Below are positions 49,915 to 61,700 of a stretch of 64,000 bases of DNA, in pieces (the first letter of the stretch is position 1; the number at the start of each line of letters is the position of its first letter). Both the position numbers and the translations under genes were made by a program. The notes under the pieces are model-generated. The model saw nothing but the letters and a program-made list of their open reading frames with translations, did not search any database and was not told the origin of the DNA. The DNA is from Phyllobates terribilis (taxonomy: Eukaryota): contig NW_027362771.1 in the NCBI RefSeq assembly GCF_046119375.1, positions 155,434,001-155,498,000 of the forward strand, written 5' to 3'.

Positions 49915-50132
49915 TTTTCCTGACTATTCTTACCTTAGGAGGCTTTTTGGGTTAGATAAAATATATTCTATATTTTACCTTTCCTCGTTACCTATTCTGT
50001 CCTAAGGAGCCAGTATCTTGTTGCCCATTTTTCCTGACTATTCCTACCTTAGGAGGCTTTTTGGGTTAGATAAAATATATTCTATATTCTACCTTTCCTC
50101 GTTACCTATTCTGTCCTAAGGAGCCAGTATCT
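49905..50132 (-). repeat. 114-bp tandem duplication spanning the ERV splice donor and gag ATG
   Basis: Copies at 49905-50018 and 50019-50132, differing at only a few positions. Confidence 0.92.
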
Positions 50133-50732
50133 GAAACGGTTTCTCTGGACCGTTTTGTCTGAAGTGTAGAGTAATTCTAACACACATATATATGGCAACA
50201 AGGGCAAGACCAACAATACATAAAATGAACCATACAGTCTCCATTATATATCGTGTCCCTGGAGTATTATCATTACTTCCATGGGCTCATTCTGTCAATC
50301 TCTTATCCGTCAAAAAGGAGGACAAAGGTTCGGGAGTTAAGCGTGAGCGAAGGTTTCCCCGAAAGGACACAACCTTATGACTCAGTTAGGCAATCTCCGT
50401 AATACTTATGTCATCTACCTTAGTGCGGCTTATGAGGCTATTCCCGACATCCACATCTCTTTCATACCATCCGTTTCATAACCTTCTCTGACCTCTCCTT
50501 CGGCAGATCCTACAGTATATACATGAATGACCCGAGCTATAGGTATCCTTCTCTACTAGTTCCTCAATCCCAACACAAGATATGCATGAAATTTACGGAC
50601 TATCGCAGAGCAGATGTAAGAGAACTAACAGTGTCTCTTACCTGGCCAGGTTTGTCATCTGCTGTTCCGATGTCCCAATCTCAGCGGTTACTCGTGCCGG
50701 TCGATGAACTTGAAGGAATACGCAGACCTCGG

Positions 50733-50750
50733 GTCCCTGTTCGGGCGCCA
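50733..50750 (-). promoter_or_regulatory. Primer-binding site complementary to tRNA-Lys3
   Basis: TGGCGCCCGAACAGGGAC, the same 18-mer as the HIV-1 PBS, 5 nt downstream of the 5' LTR. Confidence 0.92.
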
Positions 50751-50755
50751 GGAAA

Positions 50756-51167
50756 TGTTAGGATCATTCAGCCATGGAGGGTCCTTGTTGGAGTCGGGGT
50801 ATCCCCGTAACAAGAAATACACAGACACGTAGTGTATAATCAAGTACTGGGAAGCCCCTGAGCGCGTCTGCCTCTATAGGTGCAGTCCCTTTATTTATAC
50901 TAATATTCATAATTTGTTGTCAGACATGCGCAGTAAAATGTCTTTGTTTCACAAGCGGCGAAGTGATGATTCATAACAGTGGAATTTTGATAAGAAAGTT
51001 TCATAAAAAGTGTTAATTCATAGCAGTAGAAGGTTACTGAGACAGCTAAAAACAAGTTACAATCTAGTTTCTGGGCGTCAGTCCAAATGTCCAGATAAGG
51101 GAAGAATAACTTCATCTGTGTCTTACATCGTAGTCTTGCGTGAAGTATCACTCCCATCATCCTCTCA
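50756..51167 (-). repeat. ERV 5' LTR (412 bp)
   Basis: Reads identical to 44730-45141; followed by the PBS; TSD AGCT at 51168-51171. Confidence 0.97.
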
Positions 51168-52021
51168 AGCTCAACTCCCAGACCTAATGCCAGTTTCTGG
51201 AAGACATCTTCTTCAAGCAGTGGTACAGGAAGAAGTCTGTATCGTTCAAGAAAAACGTGATTTTCATGCAGGACAATGCTCCATCACATGCATCCAAATA
51301 CTCCACAGCGTGGCTGGCCAGTAAAGGTCTAAAAGAAGAAAAAATAATGACATGCCCCATAGAGAACCTGTGGTCCATCATAAAATGTGAGCTCTACAGG
51401 GAGGGAAAACAGTGTCTGGGAGGCTGTGGTGGCTGCTGCACGCAATATTGATCGAAAACAGATCAAGCAACTGACAGAATCTATGGATGGAAGGCTGCTG
51501 AGTGTCATCATAATGAAAGGTGGCTATATTGATCACTAATTTTTTTTGATTTTTGTTTTTGAATGTCAGAAATGTTTATTTCTAAATTTTGTGCACTGAT
51601 ATTGGTTTAGCTGGTGAAAATAAACAAGTGAGATGGGATTATATTTGGTTTTTATTAAGTTGCCTAATAATTCTGCACAGTAATAGTTACCTGCACAAAC
51701 AGATATCCTCCTAAGATAGTCAAATCTAAAAAAAAAAAAAAAAAAAACACTCCAGCTTTCAAAAATATTAAGCTTGGATATTTGAGTCTTTTGGGTTGAT
51801 TGAGAACATAGTTGTTGATCAATAATAAAAATAATCCTCTAAAATACAACTTGCCTAATAATTCTGCACACAGTGTATATAGGGATGTCGCCTCCTAAGC
51901 ACTGTATGGTAGTAGCATGGCATAACCACCGTATAGCAACGTGCCCTTATACAGCAGGTGTGAAATCTAAACATGTTGTATCCTTCCGGATTGATTCTGT
52001 GGCATTATGATGCAGAAAGGT

Positions 52022-55000
52022 TGAGGAGGAAGTGAGGGATAGAAGCTTAGAGGCAGCTGAGACGGAAGAGTCAATGGGGATGTTAAAGTTTCCCATGAGG
52101 ATAGTGGGGATGTTAACGGAGAGGAAATGAAGTAGCTAAGTGGTGAAGTGGTCAACGAAAGTGGTAGTTGATCCTGAGGGGCAGTAAATGACAGCCGGTT
52201 GGAGGGGGAGTAGATGCGCACACAGTGCACTTCAAAAGAGGGCAGAGTAATTGAGAGCGGCAGTGGGATATGGGTGAAGGAGCAGATATCTGAGAGGAGG
52301 AAACCTATTCCTCCATCGTGCTTGCCGGTGGGGCGGGGGGTATTTGAGACGTGGAATCCGCTGTACGAAAGTGCAGCAGGAGAGGCCGTGTCGGAGGGGG
52401 TGAGCCAGGTTTCAGTGATGCCGAGGAAGGAAAGCTTGTTAGTGAGGAAGAGGTCGTGAATGTAGGAAAGTTTGTTGCAGACGGAGCGAGCGTTCCATAG
52501 AGCTCCTGTTAGAAGGACTGGGGAAGTGGGGGCTGGGCGGATAGGTATAAGGTTAGAAGGGTTACGAGAGTTTGGGATAGATCGTGGGTAGGAGGTGGAA
52601 GTAATTGTAGGGATGTGGAGAGATGTCGCCGGCAGTGAGGAGGAGCAGAGAAAGCGTTAGTAGGTGGGAGCAGGAGAGGGCATGAGGTGGCTGTCTTACT
52701 CAGTGGTCTTCCACACCCACCCACAAAGACGGCCACACACTGGACTTCTCTAACTCACCTCTCCCTCTCTCTGACCACAACCTACTTACATTCTACCCTC
52801 TCCTCTCCAGGGCAACAATCCCCACTCCACAAACTTGCATACCCTTGCAGAAATCTCAAACACCTTGACTTACACTCACTCTCTGAATCCCTCCTCCCTC
52901 TTACAGACATTAGTTCCTTACATGATGCAGATGTTGCTGCCACTTTATACAACACAACAGCTGCAGCTCTCGATTCGGTCGCCCCCCTCACACATACCAA
53001 AGCTCGCTCAATCAACAGACAACCCTGGCACACCAGCCTAACTAAAGAACTGTGACGGGCCTCCAGGGTTGCTGAGCGTAGATGGAAAAGGTCCCACTCC
53101 ATTGAGCACTTCATCGCATTCAAACAGTCCCTCACTACCTTCAAATCCACACTCACTGCAGCAAAACAAACATACTTCGCATCTCTCATATCCTCCCTGT
53201 CTCACAACCCCAAACAGCTATTCAACGCCTTCAATTCTCTCCTTCGTCCCCCAGCACCTCCTCCCTCTCCTGTTATTTCAGCCGAAGACTTTGCCTCATT
53301 CTTCAAGCTGAAGATTGACACCATCAGACAAAGCGTTTGCCTAAAGCCCCCACAGCCCTTCCCCACACCTACTCAACCCTCCTCCTCCAAAACCACCACC
53401 TCCACTATTACGAAAGGTCAACTTTCCCCTTTACTCTCCAAATCACACCTCACCACCTGTAAACTTGACCCAATCCCGTCTCACCTCATCCCAAACCTTA
53501 CCACTATCTTCATCCTACCTCTTCAACCTGTCACTAACAACTGGTGTCTTCCCCTCATGCTTCAAACATGCCTCAATCACACCCATTCTCAAAAAGCCCT
53601 CCCGTGACCCATCCTCTCTGACTAGCTATCGCCCCATATCACTTCTCCCCTATGCCTCAAAACTACTGGAACAACACGTCCATTCTGAGCTGTCCTCCCA
53701 CATCTCCTCCTGCTCCTTCTTCGACCGCCTACAATTTGTTTTCCGACCGCACCATTCTACTGAAACTGCACTGACTAAAGTCACCAACGACCTACTAACT
53801 GCCAAATCTAAGCGACACTACTCTGTCCTCTTCCTCCTAAACCTGTCATCTGCCTTCGACACAGTGGACCATTCCCTCTTACTATAAACTCTCTCATCTC
53901 TCGGCATCACAGACTTGGCCCTATCCTGGATCTCCTCATACCTAACAGAGAGGACATTCAGTGTCTCCCACTCACACACCACCTCCTCATCTCGCCCACT
54001 ATCTGTCTGTGTCCCCCAAGGTTCAGTTCTAGGACGTCTGCTCTTCTCCATCTACACCTTAGGCCCGGGACAGCTCATAGAGTCTCACGGCTTTCAGTAT
54101 CACCTCTATGCTGATGACACACAGATCTACCTCTCTGGACCCGATATCACCTCCTTACTAACCAAAATCCCACAATGTCTGCTATTTCATCCTTCCTTCC
54201 TCTCGGCTAGATTTCTAAAACTTAACATAGACCAAACAGAATTCATCATCTTTCCGCCATCTCATTCACCCCCCCCCCAACTGACCTATCTATCAACGTC
54301 AATGGCTGTCCACTCTCCCCAGTCCCTCAAGCTTGCTGCCTTGGGGTAACCCTGGACTCTGAACTCTCCTTCAAACCACATATCCAAGCCCTTTCCACTT
54401 CCTGCCGACTCCAACTCAAAAATATCTCCCGGATCCGCATGTTCCTCAACCATGAATCTGCAAAAACACTAGTGCACGCCCTCATCATCTCCCGCCTTGA
54501 CTACTGCAACCTCCTGCTCTGTGGCCTCCCTTCCAACACTCTCGTACCCCTCCAATCCATCCAAAACTCTGCTGCCCGACTAATCCACCTGTCCCCCCCC
54601 CGCCCCCCGCTATTCCCTGGGCCTCTCCTCTCTGTCAATCTCTTCACTGGCTCCCCATTGCTCAGAGACTCCAGTTCAAAACCCTAACCATGGCATATAA
54701 AGCCATTCACAACTTGTCTCCTCCATATATCTCTGACCTAGTCTCCCGTTACATACCCGCGCGCAACCTCCGATCCTCACGATCTCCCCTCTTATCTCCT
54801 CCTCCCACAATCGCATACAAGATTTCTCCTGTGCTTCCCCCCTACTCTGGAACTCTCTACCCCAACACATCAGACTCTCGCCTACCGTGGAAACCTTCAA
54901 AAGGAACCTGAAGACCCACCTCTTCCGACAAGCCTACAACCTGCAGTAACCACCGCTCCACCATACCGCTGCACGGCCAGCTCTGACCTCACCTACTGTA

Positions 55001-55174
55001 TCCTCACCCATCCCTTGTAGATTGTGAGCCCTCGCGGGCAGGGTCCTCGCTTCTCCTGTACCAGACGCTGTCACATTGTGTTCAAGATTATTGTAATTGT
55101 TCTTGTATGTGTGCCCCTTTTTCACATGTAAAGCGCCATGGAATAAATGGCGCTATAATAATAAATAATAATAA
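52022..55174 (+). mobile_element. Decayed L2-clade LINE; 5' part (52022-52686) inverted
   Basis: Minus strand: APE endonuclease (WNARSVCNK, GITETWL). Plus strand: RT motifs [35 protein letters not shown]. 3' stem AAAGCGCCAT...ATGGCGCT and (AAT)n tail ending 55174. Confidence 0.9.
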
Positions 55175-56263
55175 GGATTCTCCTTACCAGTTTTTAATCT
55201 GCGGTAACAATCCCCCGACCCCCCCACCCACCCCCAAGTTCCCTGGGTGAGTACAATCTACCTTTTCTAGGTCTAGTACTATCCATCAGAGGGAGCATTA
55301 CAGAAGATTCTGATCCAGTAATAAATTCATGGCATTAACCTCAACAATGAATGCTACATAGTTTCTAATTGTTTAAAAAAACAGTTCACATTAAAATACA
55401 CATTTATACACTGCACCCTCGTTAAACATGGGACCTGTTTCCACTGCTGCTAGTCTTGATTTGTTTCCCAGAAGTTCTGTAGTCCTTTGTCACCTCAAAT
55501 TGTCAGAAACTGCTTTCCCACTTCTGTGTGTGAAGACGTCCTGAGATCAGATGACTAAAGGGTTGTGAATGACGAGATGGGAGCCTGAGGTCTAGAAGTT
55601 AGAAGACCCCTTTAAAGTATACAACCTTTTTAAATTTGCTACCTCTGTGGTGTTCTTGAAACAATATAAAAGAAGTTCAACTATTTTTTTTTCTGTATCT
55701 AGTCATATTTTTTACTTTGTACATTTTTTTCACACACTGATATAATTATTATTTTTCACTTTCCCATGCACTGTCACTTTAATCTATTGGAAAAAAAATG
55801 TATTCCCTATAATGCTCTTACACTGTTGCTTTAATTATGCTTTCCACAGGTGTGGTACATGTATTTATAGTCCCTTATATGCTTTTCACTGCCACTTTAT
55901 GCTCAGTCTATGCATCCTATAGGTGTTATCTAGGTGACACATGTATTTTTAATCCTGGGTCCCTCCCACATGTCAGATATCCTGTATTGCATTGTTTTCA
56001 ATTGCACTCACCAGCAATGCATATGTGCACTCACCCCCCTCACTTCCATCATCGCCTGTTGACACGCTGTTCACCTGATCCAGCGCCCGGTCACGTGGTC
56101 GTGGTTCTGGGTCTCGTGTCCTTCTGACGATGGGCCTGATGGGCAGGTGTGTGTTTTCACATGCGCCAATGGGTTCTGGGGTTTCCCTCCCAATTACCAT
56201 GCATTAATGCATCACCGCCTCCTATTGGTCTGAGATACATACGTGTGTGTGTGTATGTGTATA

Positions 56264-57907
56264 CAGTTAGGTCCATATATATTTGGACAGAGACAACATT
56301 TTTCTAATTTTGGTTCTAGAAATTACCACACTGAATTTTAAACAAAACAATGCAGATGCAGTTGAAGTTCAGACTTTCAGCTTTCATTTGAGGGTATCCA
56401 CATTAAAATTGGATGAAGGGTTTAGGAGTTTCAGCTCCTTAACATGTGCCACCCTGTTTTTAAAGGGACCAAAAGTAATTGGACAATTGACTCCAAGGCT
56501 ATTTCATGGACAGGTGTGGGCAATCCCTTCGTTATGTCATTCTCAATTAAGCAGATAAAAGGCCTGGAGTTGATTTGAGGTGTGGTGCTTGCATTTGGAA
56601 GGTTTTGCTGTGAAGTAAACATGCGGTCAAAGGAGGTCTCCATGCAGGTGAAACAAGCCATCCTTAAGCTGCAAAAACAGAAAATACCCATCCGAGAAAT
56701 TACTACAATATTAGGAGTGGCAAAATCTACAGTTTGGTACATCCTAAGAAAGAAAGCACTGGTGAACTCATCAATGCAAAAAGGCCTGGCCGCCCACGGA
56801 AGACAACAGTGGTGGATGATCGCAGAATAATATCCATGGTGAAGAGAAACCCCTTCACAACAGCCAACCAAGTGAACAACACTCTCCAGGAGGTAGGCGT
56901 ATCAATATCTAAATCTACCATAAAGAGAAGACTGCATGAAAGTAAATGCAGAGGGTTCACTGCACGCTGCAAGCCACTCATAAGCACCAAGAATAAAAAG
57001 GCTAGACTGGACTTTGCTAAAAAAACATCTAAAAAAGCCAGCACAGTTCTGGAAGAACATTCTTTGGACAGATGAAACCAAGATCAACCTCTACCAGAAT
57101 GATGGAAAGAGAAAAGTATGGCGAAGGCGTGGTACAGCTCATGATCCAAAGTATACCACATCATCTGTAAAACACGGCGGAGGCAGTGTGATGGCTTGGG
57201 CATGCATGGCTGTCAGTGGCACTGGGTCACTAGTGTTTATTGATGATGTGACACAGGACAGAAGCAGCCGAATGAATTCTGATGTATTCAGAGCCATACT
57301 GTGTGCTCAGATCCAGCCAAATGAAGCCAAACTGATTGGTCGTCGTTTCATACTACAGATGGACAATGACCCAAAACATAAAGCCAAAGCAACCCAGGAG
57401 TTTATTAAAGCTAAGAAGTGGAATATTCTTGAATGGCCAAGTCAGTCACCTGATCTCAACCCAATTGAGCATGCATTTCACTTGTTAAAGACTAAACTTC
57501 AGACAGAAAGGCCCACAAACAAACAGCAACTGAAAACCACCGCAGTGAAGGCCTGGCAGAGCATCAAAAAGGAGGAAACACAGTGTCTGGTGATGTCCAT
57601 GAGTTCAAGACTTCAGGCAGTCATTGCCAACAAAGGGTTTTCAACCAAGTACTAGAAATGAACATTTTATTTACAATTATTTAATTTGTCCAATTACTTT
57701 TGGTCCCTTTAAAAACAGGGTGGCACATGCTAAGGAGCTGAAACTCCTAAACCCTTCATCCAATTTTAATGTGGATACCCTCAAATGAAAGCTGAAAGTC
57801 TGAACTTCAACTGCACCTGAATTGTTTTGTTTAAAATTCATTGTGGTAATGTCTAGAACCAAAATTAGAAAAATGTTGTCTCTGTCCATATATATTTGGA
57901 CAAACTG
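56264..57907 (+). mobile_element. Full-length Tc1 transposon with frameshifted transposase (ATG 56621 to stop 57655)
   Basis: TA flanks, ~230-bp TIRs, WTDETK / MDNDPKH / [11 protein letters not shown]34E motifs spread over three frames. Confidence 0.93.
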
Positions 57908-58768
57908 TATATGTATGTGTATAGTTGGGGACCACATTCTGGTCAGGGTAATCTAGTATTTTGATTGACCTTGATTTAACTTTCTTGTCCAAGTTAGTGA
58001 TGGATTCCTGCTGTACAAGTCATTTCATGCACTTTCACATATGCATTAATGGATAACATTGCTTATTGTATGGGACACCATATGTACCATACTCCTGCAC
58101 ATAATTTCTCAGAATACGTTACACTTTACTTCTTTATGGGATACTATATGTGATTTTACACATGTCTTATTAGGTAGTAGGTAATTGTTACATAGGACAT
58201 TTTATGTGTTTCTACATATGCTTTATTAGGCAGTACGTGATTGGTGCATGAGTCCTCATATGTGCTTTAAGGATTATTAGTTATGTAGAACAGTATATGT
58301 GTTTCTACATATGCCTCATTGGCACTATGTGATTGCTGCATGATCTAGTATATGTGCTTTCAGGATTATTAGTTACTGATGTTTCTTCCCTAAATGCTGC
58401 TATTTGGTGCCATCTATTGGCTAACTTGTATAATTGCATGTTTTCTTCAATTTTCAATAAAACTGTATTTTTTTATATTAAAAATTCTGTGTCTTACTTT
58501 GGTTAGTTTGCACTAATTTTTATTTGATTTAGAAGTTCCACAATGTCCAGAAAAGTGTAGTTTCATCCTTGCTCTCCAGACAAGACAGATTGACAAAGGA
58601 GGATTTTACCCTCATGCCTCTGAACTGTGTACAGTTATGATGCCTGTTCTATACATTGGGGCTGTTGGGGGTTTTGATTATACTGCTAATTTTCACTACT
58701 TACCACTTTAAAATGAGAATGTTCAATACAGTAACAATGCATGTTTTATTATTGCCAGCAGAGGTAAA

Positions 58769-58976
58769 ATGGCTAAAAGTTTAAGAAGCAAATGGAAGAG
58801 GAAGATGCGGGCCGAGAAGAGGAAGAAAAATGCCCCAAAAGAACTTGCCCGCTTAAAAACTGTGTTGGCAAAAGCAAATGTAGACGTGTTGATGGAGGAT
58901 GTGAAAGACATAACAACTGTTGTGACAGCTGAGAAAGTTAAGGAGAAGGCTGCTGTGGAAGTGGATGCTGCAGAAG
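58769..58976 (+). CDS. LLPH: LLP homolog, first coding exon ([30 protein letters not shown]...)
   Basis: N-terminus matches the invariant LLPH/LAPS18 motif; donor AAG|GTGAGG at 58976/58977 (phase 1); the final exon was not found in the window. Confidence 0.95.
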
Positions 58977-61089
58977 GTGAGGGTTCTCCTTTACTTTCCT
59001 TCCTTTTGGCTGCATGAATTGGTACATTGCATAAAATATGTCCGTGTTCTAACCGTGAAAAGCATGGATAGAACACGTATGTGAAAGACAGATGTCTGGC
59101 CTAGAGACCTAGAGTGGTAAAGGGTCTCTTGTTAAATGATTGTCCAGGACTCCTATTGATGAACTATGATTAGGCTAGGACATCAGATCGTTTGTCGTAC
59201 ACCCCAATAATCATCTGTTAGCTTAAAATCCGGGACTTCCCCTTTAAGACTCCATGCATATAGAACATGCTTCCATGATCTCAGCAGTGAGGTGGCGTGT
59301 GACATCACTGGCTGCCTGGTATGGAGTCCTGCTGGAGCCAAAAACCTTTGCTTTTCAAAGGACACAGTTCATCAGGGTATATATATTTTAGGCTTAATAT
59401 TTGTGCTTGGCAGTGTGCTTTGTTTGATCTTCTTCATTCTCACTGGTTTAGGATTTCACACAGAGCTGGTCACCCTGCCAGCAGCTAGTTGATTCTATTT
59501 TTAACCTTCTATTGGGCGCTAGTTATTCATTTTTAATCTACAAAGTGTATTTACATTTTCAGCAACAGTTAACAATTGAAACCTAAATATAAAACATTTA
59601 CAAGCAATTCAATGTAACAGGTAATCTTTTGCTCTGATTAGTGAAATGTCCCCCATACGCCCTTGTTCTAGTAGTGTTTCTTCTTTTGACAGCCTCATCA
59701 TTGCTGCCTGCCTCCTCCTGTATGTCTTGAACAGCTTTGCTTTCTTACAGTGGTTTCCACTTCTGGGTCCCCTCAGGCACCAGAGTTATCAGCTAAATTA
59801 ACAACACCATTCTGTTCTCCTATGTTATTCAATGCTGGAAGCCACAAAATGGGGAAAAGCTTTATGTAAAATGTTCCTTTCTTTCTCATGTTTCCCATTC
59901 ACAGCATATTACAAACCGCTTCTTTCAAGATGCTGCTTGGTTACATATAGAAGTGATCTTCCTTACCTGTCCTGTGTCATAACAGGTTGCCATATAACTT
60001 AATGTATAGTCAAAGAAGAAAGAGGATCGACTGCACTCACACATAAAGCAGCAAGTAAACTTTATTGCGTCTTCTCTGAGCAGTTACATGAACGGGGGAC
60101 AAATCTAAAACCAGCGTCACATGGCGGTTTTTGCGTCCTTCTTGAGAAAGTATTAGAGCATGTGAATTATTGGGGATTTGATTTCTGGTCATGTACCTGC
60201 ATATCATGGTAAAGTTTATCTATTGTTTTATTAGTGAGTGCTGTGGATTGTCTTTCTTAATGGACTACATATCTATATTACTTTGCCTTCTGAGCTAGAT
60301 TATTTAATGCAGCTGTGCATCACAGAAGCTCTCACTCCAAAATTACTTGGGATATGTAATAGAGGACGCTGGAGCTAGAACATACACACCTCATAGGGAG
60401 AAGCTGGGGCTGGAGCATATACATCTTATGAGACGCTGGAGCATATTCATTAGCTAGAAGATTCTGGAGCTTATACATCACATAGGACAGGGATGTCAAA
60501 TTCCAAATACACAGAGGGAGAAAATTAAAAGCTTGGACAAAGTCGTGGGCCAGCCATCATATTTATTTTAAAAAGTCTACAATTGAGGAAGTTTTTTCCT
60601 TGTCATATATACCAATGAACTTTTTCATATGGAAACAAACTTAAAGGGGTTGTTCCACAAATAGAATTTAATTAGATCTTAAAATAATATATTGTATTAT
60701 TCCAATATTTTATGTACGAGCAGTATAAAGCATATGACCCAATTGCCTAATTTAAATATGTAATAAAGGATAAAAAAGCTTGAATAATACAGTTAAAGTA
60801 TGATGCCAAATATAATTGGGAGACCCGTCTGGCATTGTGGGCCAAATATACTCATCCTACATGCCAGAGTTTGACTTATGTGACATAGGACACGCTGGGG
60901 CTTTTGCATATACATCACATTGGAGATGCTGGGGCTGCTGTTTCCTTTGTTGGGACGGGAGCACAGTTTGCTGACTCTGCCCACAAAGTATGTCCTAACG
61001 CTGGTACTTGGCCAGTGTCAGGACGCAGTCCTTCATTGCAAGCGCTGTAATAGTACACCATTAACTTTTTTTTTGTTTGTTTGTTTCAT

Positions 61090-61330
61090 CAGAATTGTCA
61101 TATGTATTTTAAATATACTTTGCTCCACACCATCACTGACCCACCACCAAACCAGTGATGTTGGGTGATGGCCATGCAGCATAATGTTCACTATAGCTCC
61201 TCCAGACTCTTGTGTCTGTCACATGCTCCGTGTGAACCACCTCTCATCAAGGAAGAGAACAGGGCACTAATGGCAGACCTGCCAATTCTGGTGTTCTCTG
61301 GTGATTGCCAATTGAGGTTTGATCAGAGAA
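61090..61330 (-). mobile_element. Small Tc1 transposase fragment
   Basis: Contains ccaccaccaaaccagtgatgttgggtgatggccatgcagc...ccagactct, typical Tc1 coding sequence in antisense; boundaries approximate. Confidence 0.5.
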
Positions 61331-61513
61331 GAATTATTCAGGAAGTATAAGGAGAGTCTAATTGTCTGGCAACCACCTGTAAAACCATTCCCTATTTTGG
61401 GGCTGCCTTGCTGTTGTCTCTACAGTGCACTTGTTGTCACTTCCATTTGCTCCAAAAGAGGAAATACATTCATTCTTATGCATCCAAAAAGAACAGATTA
61501 ATATCCCTTAAGT

Positions 61514-61700
61514 CAGAGTTCCCCCAACTCCCGTCCTCAAGGCCCACCAACAGGTCATGTTTTCAGGATTTCCTTAGTATTGTTCAGGTGATGGAATTAT
61601 TGCCTGTGCAGGTGATGCAAGTACCACCTGGGCAATACTAAGGAAATCCTGAAAGCATGACTTGTTGGTGGGCCTTGAGAACGGGAGTTGGGGAACCCTG
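61514..61700. mobile_element. Palindromic hAT MITE (187 bp)
   Basis: Termini CAG.GTTCCCCAACTCC inverted; TSD CCTTAAGT/CCTTAATT (7 of 8 match). Confidence 0.85.

Larger units (their letters stand above)
44730..51167 (-). mobile_element. Endogenous retrovirus (class I, epsilon/gamma-like), internally deleted provirus, 6438 bp
   Basis: Two LTRs (TG...CA), 4-bp TSD AGCT, PBS, PPT, and gag-pol-env remnants in order. Confidence 0.97.
43928..51875 (+). mobile_element. Decayed IR/DR Tc1 element (~1.5 kb) split by the ERV insertion
   Basis: TA|CACTGTGTGCAGAATTATTAGGCAA ... TTGCCTAATAATTCTGCACACAGTG|TA; transposase starts MGQKRDLT at ~44142; sequence is contiguous across the ERV (GGAGTGAAGCT / AGCTCAACTCC). 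Confidence 0.92.

Noticed and set aside
58977-59017. ORF continuation [13 protein letters not shown] after the LLPH exon
   Set aside because: Read-through into the intron past a consensus GTGAG donor.
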